Source of the DNA: Candidatus Saccharimonadota bacterium | GTDB lineage: Bacteria; Patescibacteriota; Saccharimonadia; Saccharimonadales; Saccharimonadaceae | Assembly (NCBI GenBank): GCA_002421785.1 | Contig: DIRZ01000003.1 | Location: forward strand, 280,700-312,699 | Direction: 5' to 3' | DNA: 32,000 nucleotides | Shown: piece by piece, positions 25,511 to 32,000 of the stretch | How the letters are laid out: the number at the start of each line of letters is the position of its first letter | How positions within the stretch are numbered: position 1 is the stretch's first letter | Translations under genes and position numbers: made by a program | The notes under the pieces: model-generated | Seen by the model: the letters and a program-made list of their open reading frames with translations, nothing else | Database searches by the model: none | What the model was told of the DNA's origin: nothing

Positions 25511-26818
25511 CTAGTGACTCGCCAGTATATCGTAGGCAAACTGGATGCGGCGGTCTTCCATACATACCCCGCAGCCTTCGTATTTATTCTGGAAAATAAT
25601 TGTGGCAGACTCCACACTGGTTGACGCCAGGATGGCATTCTTAGCGCTGCTATAGCGGCCATTCAACTCGCTCATCATGAATTCAAGCTGAGTATAGATA
25701 TTATACGGGTCGGGTAACGCCATAAGTGCCGCCTTTCGGCCGCCCGTCCACTGCGCTATACCGTCACCATCCGTCCTAAAACCATGCTCCTGTTTCAAAT
25801 TGCCCATGATACCCGCAGTCTGCTCACGACTAAAGCCTTGGCTAATAAGGAAGCTCCATGCGATCGACTCATTTTCGCTTGGGGTGGTAAACATTCCCTT
25901 CGCGCCAATAATTTCCACTTGTTTCACGGGCTGAGTGAGGATATTGCTATTGATTTCTGTACGCTTTACTTCAACGCCGTTCTCGGTTGTGACTTCGTAG
26001 GTGACTGTACGGCGGCCATTGACACCAGCTGTCTTTACTTCTTTGAAACCACGCTCACGATTAGCGTCGCGTATTTGTTCCGTTTCAAACTGAATATCTT
26101 CGTCCTGAGTGACTGTCTGCGTGCCATCGCGCCATAGACGAATTGTCATGCCAGGAGTAATCGGTGCTGATATTGCGGGGCTAATGCCGTCAGCGGGTGT
26201 CATGGTGATGCCCCGTTCGCGGAGCATCGCGCCAACCGTTTTTGACTGAGTATACGCCTGCATCACGCTTCCATAGAAGTTGAAGGTGACAGGTGTTGCG
26301 CGGGTGATCGTCAGTACCTCAGCAGCACCGTCAGTGATGATGTCCGTAGATTGCGACAACGCCAGAATGTCTTCCTGCTGGACAGCGAGGCCGGCCTGCT
26401 CAGCAATTTGCTTTCCGGTTCGAAAAGCAGTAATGATTTTCGTTTCATTCGCGCCATCACGTACGATAACCATACGCGCGCGGTAAATATTGACTTCATA
26501 CGATGCCGCAACGAGCGCCTCATCCAAACCCGGCTCTGTACGGTCATTGGCATCCACAGGAATGTTCGCATCCTTTAGGGCTTCACGAAGCGTCTTTGCC
26601 TTGGTAATGAAACCTTTTTCCTTACCATCATCGTGAAGGGTTATAATGTGCTGCTCGGCAGATTGGACGGCCGATTCAGCATGCGCGGTGCTGCGCAAAG
26701 AAATGCTAATAATCATGAGGAATACGAGGGCAATGACGGCCGCAATCGAATAGAGTGACAATCGATGAGGTGTAATAGTTAGTCGAGTCATAATTCCCGT
26801 ACTCTCCACATTGAGCAC
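25511..26818 (-). CDS. Membrane-anchored wall hydrolase with RpfB/YabE-like architecture: 3x DUF348, G5, and a C-terminal lysozyme-like domain
   Basis: 435 aa from GTG 26818, or 426 aa from ATG 26791. TM LYSIAAVIALVFLMIISI. Three DUF348-like repeats and a G5 segment (FKEVKTAGVNGRRTVTYEV). The C-terminus GIMGNLKQEHGF..GIAQW resembles phage-tail-type lysozyme domains. Confidence 0.8.
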   Translation of the reverse strand: MLNVESTGIMTRLTITPHRLSLYSIAAVIALVFLMIISISLRSTAHAESAVQSAEQHIITLHDDGKEKGFITKAKTLREALKDANIPVDANDRTEPGLDEALVAASYEVNIYRARMVIVRDGANETKIITAFRTGKQIAEQAGLAVQQEDILALSQSTDIITDGAAEVLTITRATPVTFNFYGSVMQAYTQSKTVGAMLRERGITMTPADGISPAISAPITPGMTIRLWRDGTQTVTQDEDIQFETEQIRDANRERGFKEVKTAGVNGRRTVTYEVTTENGVEVKRTEINSNILTQPVKQVEIIGAKGMFTTPSENESIAWSFLISQGFSREQTAGIMGNLKQEHGFRTDGDGIAQWTGGRKAALMALPDPYNIYTQLEFMMSELNGRYSSAKNAILASTSVESATIIFQNKYEGCGVCMEDRRIQFAYDILASH

Positions 26819-26827
26819 GTGCGCTTT

Positions 26828-26836
26828 AGTATAGCA
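26828..26836 (-). promoter_or_regulatory. Extended -10 promoter (TGcTATACT) for the DUF348-G5 gene
   Basis: The minus strand reads TGCTATACT-aaagcgcac-GTG 26818. It lies within the 39-bp spacer after pcrA. Confidence 0.5.
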
Positions 26837-26857
26837 AAATGGGCTGATAATCTCAAC

Positions 26858-28972
26858 TTACGATAGCTTTTCAAGTCGCGCATACTCAACGTTCAGCTTC
26901 TTCGTCATGCCGCTCGCAAACCTCACCGACACAGCCATGCCATCGACATCGATAATCTCGCCTTCACCAAACTGCATCGAGCGCACCATATCACCCACTT
27001 CGTAGTCCATAATGAATTCATCGAACTCATTCAGCTGGGGTGCCATAAACGCCGGTCGACTCGCGACAATATGCCCCATATCTTCAAGGAATCGCGAAGG
27101 CGGCGAATAGCTTCGTTGCCCAAATTGCATGCGGCTCTGTGCGTACAGTAGGTGAAGCTCCTCGCGGGCGCGCGTCATCCCCACGTAACACAGCCGGCGC
27201 TCTTCCTCGAGCTGCCTGGGGCCCTCTTCGAGCGCACGTAAACTCGGAAACAAGCCGTCTTCCATTCCGACCATAAATACAACGGGGAACTCAAGCCCTT
27301 TTGCGCCGTGCATGGTCATCAGTGTCACTTTTTGTTCATTCGTTTCGGTATCAAAACTGCTCATCAAAGCAATTTCTTCCAAGAAGTCAGGGAGCGTGGC
27401 AAATGATTTCGCGTCACTCACCAGCACACTCAAATTCGCTTCCCTGTCTTCGGCTTGCGGGGTTCCGTCCTGAATGTAGTCACGATACCCCGTCGCTTCG
27501 ATTAGGCGCTCGAGTACATCGCTCGGCGTTGCATCGGCTTGTATTTGCGCCTGCACGGTACGTAGCTTACTACCCAGGTTCGAAAGAGCAACCTTGGCGC
27601 GGGGAGTGAGCATACTCGTCTGCTCAACATTTACAAGTGCCGATATAATATCCATATCCGTCTGGTTTTGCCATAGCATAAACTTCTCAAAGCTCGTTGC
27701 GCCTACGCCACGTGTTGGCACATTTACGATTCGACTAAAACTCATGCGGTCATTCGGCTGATAAACCAACCGTAAGTACGCAATGATGTCTTTGATTTCT
27801 TTGCGGTCATAAAACCTGGTTCCGCCAATCAGCTGGTAAGGGATGCGATGCTGCATAAATGCGCGCTCAAACGCAAAGCTTTGCGCGTTCATTCGGTACA
27901 AAACAGCAAACTCACCATATTCCCTCGCCCCGATTGAAACCTGAGCGCTGATACGGCTTGCCACGGCATAGGCCTCTTCGGCCTCGTCATAGGTACCCTG
28001 AACCTGCACGGGCGCGCCAGCACCTGCGTCCGTCCACAGCTGCTTGTCGGTACGCTCAACGTTTTTCGTAATCACATTATGTGCTGCAGTCAAAATCGCT
28101 TCTGTTGAGCGGTAGTTCTGCTCCAACTTCACGACAAGCGCGCCAGGAAAATCGCGCTCAAAGTTAAGGATGTTTTTAAAGTCGGCGCCTCGCCAACTAT
28201 AAATCGACTGCCAGTCGTCACCGACAACGCAAATATTTTTATGCTCGTTCACGAGAGATTTTACAATGGCGTACTGTGCAGCGTTAGTGTCCTGGTACTC
28301 ATCAATCAAAATATATTTAAATTGGTCTCGATATTTTTTTCGCGCTTCTGGTGACTCACGAAACAATCGTACCGTTTCGATTAACAAATCGTCGAAATCA
28401 AGCGCACCGGCATCGCGACGTAATTTTTCGTAATGTTCATATAGCTTGGCGACGGCTTTTTGCAAGGGTGAATGTGCAGATTCCTGGAACTCTAACGGGG
28501 TCACCAACTCATTTTTTGCGCTGCTAATCATCGCGCTCGCTGCACGTGGTTTCACAGCGTCCGCACTTATCGATAGCTCTTTCATTGCCTGTTTTATCAA
28601 CCCTTGCCGGTCATCTTCATCGTAAATGACGAAGTTATGATGAACACCGATAGATGAGCCGTCTTGCCGTAGTAATCGCACACATATCCCATGAAATGTA
28701 CCCATCCACGGCATAAAACTACGGGTATTCGGCTGTCCCGTCAGCTGCGACAGGCGTTCCCGCATTTCGCGAGCTGCTTTGTTAGTAAAAGTAACAGCCA
28801 AAATCTCATGCGGCCACACCCCCTCACTAGCAACGAGATGGGCAATGCGATGCGTCAGTGTTTTCGTCTTGCCACTGCCCGCCCCTGCAAGGATAAGTAA
28901 CGGTCCCGCCGTATGCATGACGGCGGATTTTTGCGCATCGTTAAGCCCCTCGTATATATCCATTGTATTCAT
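26858..28972 (-). CDS. pcrA: ATP-dependent DNA helicase PcrA/UvrD (SF1A)
   Basis: 704 aa. Motif I AGAGSGKT, DEYQDTN, TMHGAKGLEF and VGMTRA, plus a C-terminal Tudor-like tail. An alternative start is the second ATG at 28963 (MDIYEGLN). Confidence 0.95.
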   Translation of the reverse strand: MNTMDIYEGLNDAQKSAVMHTAGPLLILAGAGSGKTKTLTHRIAHLVASEGVWPHEILAVTFTNKAAREMRERLSQLTGQPNTRSFMPWMGTFHGICVRLLRQDGSSIGVHHNFVIYDEDDRQGLIKQAMKELSISADAVKPRAASAMISSAKNELVTPLEFQESAHSPLQKAVAKLYEHYEKLRRDAGALDFDDLLIETVRLFRESPEARKKYRDQFKYILIDEYQDTNAAQYAIVKSLVNEHKNICVVGDDWQSIYSWRGADFKNILNFERDFPGALVVKLEQNYRSTEAILTAAHNVITKNVERTDKQLWTDAGAGAPVQVQGTYDEAEEAYAVASRISAQVSIGAREYGEFAVLYRMNAQSFAFERAFMQHRIPYQLIGGTRFYDRKEIKDIIAYLRLVYQPNDRMSFSRIVNVPTRGVGATSFEKFMLWQNQTDMDIISALVNVEQTSMLTPRAKVALSNLGSKLRTVQAQIQADATPSDVLERLIEATGYRDYIQDGTPQAEDREANLSVLVSDAKSFATLPDFLEEIALMSSFDTETNEQKVTLMTMHGAKGLEFPVVFMVGMEDGLFPSLRALEEGPRQLEEERRLCYVGMTRAREELHLLYAQSRMQFGQRSYSPPSRFLEDMGHIVASRPAFMAPQLNEFDEFIMDYEVGDMVRSMQFGEGEIIDVDGMAVSVRFASGMTKKLNVEYARLEKLS

Positions 28973-28976
28973 TATA
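28971..28976 (-). promoter_or_regulatory. -10 box TATAAT overlapping the first pcrA ATG and 7 nt upstream of the second
   Basis: The minus strand reads cctgTATAATgaatacaATGGAT. The last AT of the hexamer is the AT of ATG 28972. Confidence 0.4.
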
Positions 28977-28990
28977 CAGGAGCGTATGCC

Positions 28991-30157
28991 TTACTGAGTG
29001 GTGTAATAGAAGTATGCGACGCCCGCTGCAACACCAATTGCCAGGAGCAATAGTACGGCTAGTACCCACTTCAGAACAGACTTTTTCTTTGGCGCTTCGA
29101 GCGGCTGTACGTGGGTTGACGTGTCAAAAATTGGTGTATTCGTTTGGTCACCCGTGCTTGGCTGCTCAGTGTACTGCTGCTGGATAGAAACAGCAGCGCT
29201 TGAAGATGACGCATCAGCCGCCACAGCTGGTGCTGATGTTGGCACTTCAGGTGACGCTACGCCAGTGTTCGACGACTCAAGCGACATAACATCACTATTC
29301 AGTTCAGGTGGAAGGATGACGGGAGGTGTATCGAGTGGGGGGAGGTCGGGTGATTGCTCAGGTTCGGGCGTAGGCTCGGCAGGCGGCGGCAACGGATCTT
29401 CGCTTACGGGCATACCCAGCGGACGCTTTTCTACTTTTGCATCAGGGATAAATGGCGACGAAAGCGGCTCCACTTCATCAACCACAGGCTGCGCATCAGT
29501 ACCTGGCTGTTCACTCTCCTCCTGATTGTCAGCTGGGAAAACGGGAGCTGATACATCAGAGTCATTAGTAGTGGTTTCAGCGTCTTCAGAAGAAGTTGTC
29601 GCTTCGGGTTCCTGTGATACGGCAGGCTGCGCCATATCAATTGGGTCGGGCCACTCGTTCTTTACGGGCTCATCAACAGAAGCCTCAGGCTCCACAGGCA
29701 TGGTTGCTGCCGGCGGCGTACCCGTGCCGGTTGACTCCATTTCCATCGCTAATGAAGGTACATTGGTTGTGTCGGGTTGTGGCTCTGGGGCAGTAACCGG
29801 TGCTTCGGGAGTGACAATAGGAGTAGTAGGCTGCAGCGTTGTGCCCTGTCGATTTACTGGCGCAAAAGGCGACTTCATATCAGACGAAGGATGAACCATG
29901 TCCATAAACTGACCACGTCGCTTCACCGCAAGTGGTGCTACTGGAGCAGTAGGAGCGGCAGCCTCAACGACACCGGAGGCAGGAGCGGCTGCGGCAGGCA
30001 TAGCTGGCGTAGACGCATCGACAGGTTTGTCTTGCATTGTCAATGTCACCACATTATCTTCTGGATCATCAAGCCCTGGATTGCGTTTGCTTGTATCGAC
30101 ATCGCCCATCAGGCTATTCACTGCTTTGTCTAGTTCGTCGAAGTCAAGCTCGGTCAT
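28991..30157 (-). CDS. Acidic Pro/Ala/Thr/Glu-rich low-complexity protein with a single C-terminal TM anchor
   Basis: 388 aa. N-terminal helix MTELDFDELDKAVNSLM, about 340 aa of proline-rich disorder, then the C-terminal TM WVLAVLLLLAIGVAAGVAYFYY. The ATG sits in an ATGA overlap with tpiA. Confidence 0.65.
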   Translation of the reverse strand: MTELDFDELDKAVNSLMGDVDTSKRNPGLDDPEDNVVTLTMQDKPVDASTPAMPAAAAPASGVVEAAAPTAPVAPLAVKRRGQFMDMVHPSSDMKSPFAPVNRQGTTLQPTTPIVTPEAPVTAPEPQPDTTNVPSLAMEMESTGTGTPPAATMPVEPEASVDEPVKNEWPDPIDMAQPAVSQEPEATTSSEDAETTTNDSDVSAPVFPADNQEESEQPGTDAQPVVDEVEPLSSPFIPDAKVEKRPLGMPVSEDPLPPPAEPTPEPEQSPDLPPLDTPPVILPPELNSDVMSLESSNTGVASPEVPTSAPAVAADASSSSAAVSIQQQYTEQPSTGDQTNTPIFDTSTHVQPLEAPKKKSVLKWVLAVLLLLAIGVAAGVAYFYYTTQ

Positions 30158-30960
30158 TTAATTTTTCCTTTAGTAGTATTAGTCGTTGGATTGTGGGATT
30201 TTTCTACGATGGCCGCAAACGAATGCGCGTCAAGACTCGCCCCGCCGATAAGCAGGCCGTCGATACCTGTCGCATTCACAAATGCCGCGGCGTTATCTGG
30301 GTTAACACTCCCGCCATACAGCACGCGAATTGCCTTGGAGACTTCAGTACCGAATAAATGTCGTACCTGCGAGCGAATCGCCTTGGCGGCTTTTTCGATT
30401 TCGGCAGGCGTCGGCACTTCGTGCGCGGCAAAGTCTTTACCGTTGCTCAGTGCCCAAACTGGCTCATACGCAATAACGAGCTGGCTGGCTTCTTCACCGG
30501 TAATGTTGCTGAGCCCACCCACAAGCTGGTCATGGATTACATCGGTTGTCTCGCCCATTGCGCGTTCGCTCGCTGTTTCACCAACGCACAGAATAGGCGT
30601 AATGCCATGACGATAAGCCGCCTGGACTTTATTGCGGATGTCACGCGAAAGTTCACCAAATACATGACGACGCTCGGAGTGGCCGACCAGCGCGTACTGA
30701 ACAAGACCACGCAACTGATTCGCCGACACTTCTCCGGTGAAAGCACCCTCGTCGCGCCAGTAAAAATTCTGTGCAGCGAGTTTAAAGTGATGTTTATGTG
30801 CCTGAAGTGAAATTGATTGCAATGCAATAGCGCTTGGCGCCAGTACGACTTCGATATCACGGTGATTCGCAACCGCGTCGGCAAGCTTGTGTACAAACAA
30901 ACTTGCTTCACCGATAGTGAAGTTCATTTTCCAGTTCGCGATAATTAGTTTTTTGCCCAC
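30154..30960 (-). CDS. tpiA: Triosephosphate isomerase
   Basis: 268 aa. IIANWKMN, GAFTGEVS, VGHSERR and AYEPVWA(L). GTG start. Confidence 0.95.
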   Translation of the reverse strand: MGKKLIIANWKMNFTIGEASLFVHKLADAVANHRDIEVVLAPSAIALQSISLQAHKHHFKLAAQNFYWRDEGAFTGEVSANQLRGLVQYALVGHSERRHVFGELSRDIRNKVQAAYRHGITPILCVGETASERAMGETTDVIHDQLVGGLSNITGEEASQLVIAYEPVWALSNGKDFAAHEVPTPAEIEKAAKAIRSQVRHLFGTEVSKAIRVLYGGSVNPDNAAAFVNATGIDGLLIGGASLDAHSFAAIVEKSHNPTTNTTKGKIK

Positions 30961-31002
30961 TGTATATACTGCTTATTCTTTATTATCTTTAGTGTACACT
31001 GT

Positions 31003-32000
31003 TTACCTGCGTGCGTCTATAAGTGCTTCAATTCCTGGTAATTTGGCGCCACTCATGAGCTCCAGGCTTGCGCCACCACCGGTCGAAACGTGCGAAAAGC
31101 TCGCGCCACGCTTTTTGTCCCAGTGCAGCACGAAGTCGGCCGTATCACCGCCACCAATAATAGAGGTGACGTCTGGGTGACCAGCCAGCATGCCAGCTAA
31201 CTTGGCGCTCGCGGTTGCAAAGGCCGGAACGTCACTATACCCCAAGGTGCCGTTCCATATCACTGTTTTAGCCGTCGAAAGGACATCCAGCATTTTTGCA
31301 ACGGCCTGAGGGCCGATATCGAGCGCCATTTCATCTGCGCCCACATGGTTTGCTGCCACGTCTTTGCGAGTGGCTGTTTTTTCAAGCGATGTGCCAACGC
31401 CCAAATCAGTAGGCAGTATCAAAAATGAATCCAGCTGCTCTTTACCGACTTTTTTTGTCGCTCGGGCATAAATCTCATCGATGACGCTCGTTTGATCGGC
31501 TTCATACTTACTCTTACCCATTTTCATGCCCTCATTCGCTAAAAAGGTATTAGCCAAAGCGCCACCTACGACAATCGTGTCGGCAACGGGGATCATTGCA
31601 TTGAGTACCGGCAGCTTGTCACTGATTTTTGCACCACCCATCACCGCCACAAGAGGGCGTGCCGGGTGCCTCATTGCCGTAGTAATCGTTGTATATTCAT
31701 GTTCGAGCAATACCCCTGCTACACTCGGTAGGAACTGCGTAATAGCAGCGGTGCTCGCATGGGCGCGGTGCACCACGCCAAAACCGTCTTGCACAAAGTA
31801 GTCCGCGCCGCTATCTTCCGCGAGACTCTTCGCAAAGTCACTATCATTGGCTTCTTCGCCAGGGTAAAACCGAACATTTTCCAGCACGGTCACACTATTT
31901 TTCGGCGCACGCTTAATTGCCATTTTTGCTTTATGGCCTACACAATCATCAACAAACCGAACAGACCGCCCCAACAGGCTGGCAAGTCGCTGAGCTGCAG
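31003..32000 (-). CDS. pgk: Phosphoglycerate kinase (5' end outside the window)
   Basis: The frame stays open to the window edge, so the ORF-track TTG 'start' is internal. FVDDCVG, the hinge and C-domain motif GGGDT, and STGGGASLE. Confidence 0.93.
   Translation of the reverse strand, partial: AAQRLASLLGRSVRFVDDCVGHKAKMAIKRAPKNSVTVLENVRFYPGEEANDSDFAKSLAEDSGADYFVQDGFGVVHRAHASTAAITQFLPSVAGVLLEHEYTTITTAMRHPARPLVAVMGGAKISDKLPVLNAMIPVADTIVVGGALANTFLANEGMKMGKSKYEADQTSVIDEIYARATKKVGKEQLDSFLILPTDLGVGTSLEKTATRKDVAANHVGADEMALDIGPQAVAKMLDVLSTAKTVIWNGTLGYSDVPAFATASAKLAGMLAGHPDVTSIIGGGDTADFVLHWDKKRGASFSHVSTGGGASLELMSGAKLPGIEALIDARR

Noticed and set aside
29000-30100. A possible tandem DNA repeat or contingency locus within the proline-rich ORF.
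   Set aside because: The bias is compositional (Pro/Ala/Thr/Glu codons) and I could not find exact or near-exact repeated DNA units. I treat it as a low-complexity coding region.
1-32000. An alternative genetic code with UGA recoded, as in some candidate phyla.
   Set aside because: All conserved proteins translate at full length with the standard code, and no in-frame TGA interrupts them. Four TGA codons sit exactly where family-length proteins should end.
1-32000. Mobile elements, prophage remnants, CRISPR arrays, tRNA, rRNA, tmRNA, RNase P or SRP RNA genes.
   Set aside because: There are no transposase, integrase or recombinase-like ORFs and no long direct or inverted repeats. I noticed no repeat-spacer periodicity. 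Apart from 9133-9424, the spacers are too short to hold structured RNA genes, and that region lacks the signature strings of RNase P (GAGGAAAGUCC), SRP or tmRNA.

Overview
This is a compact, almost fully coding 32-kb chromosomal window. I call 31 CDS, 26 of them on the minus strand. I could not find any rRNA, tRNA, CRISPR array, transposase, integrase or recognisable defence island by eye. The content is core housekeeping: rplY/ctc, a DedA/YqaA-like membrane protein, uvrA, sbcB (ExoI), obg, a LysM-CHAP wall hydrolase, mltG, ruvX, ftsA, a short-form alaS, mnmA, a DUF218 protein, a cysteine desulfurase, tatD, metG, a type IV pilin, pgeF, rsmA, a DUF348-G5 wall hydrolase, pcrA, tpiA and pgk (5' end cut by the window edge). 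Pervasive gene overlaps, a domain-trimmed AlaRS, a lone pilin, many wall-remodelling enzymes and roughly 50% GC fit a reduced-genome Patescibacteria/CPR (Saccharibacteria-like) organism; that is inference only. The most notable observations concern gene-expression architecture rather than a new enzyme system. (1) Twelve operon-first genes have a consensus -10 box only 6-10 nt from the start codon and no Shine-Dalgarno, which points to leaderless mRNAs. (2) Every convergent gene pair overlaps at its stop codons, and I see only two intrinsic terminators in 32 kb. (3) TAG is the majority stop codon, and TGA appears only inside ATGA/GTGA overlaps. (4) One exceptional 292-bp intergenic region upstream of the LysM-CHAP hydrolase carries a long structured leader. 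(5) ftsA is paired with an unknown 547-aa membrane protein instead of ftsZ, apparently inserted into the conserved alaS-ruvX-mltG neighbourhood. Several small orphan ORF cassettes have no family I can recognise. All functional calls come from reading the ORF translations; no database search was run.
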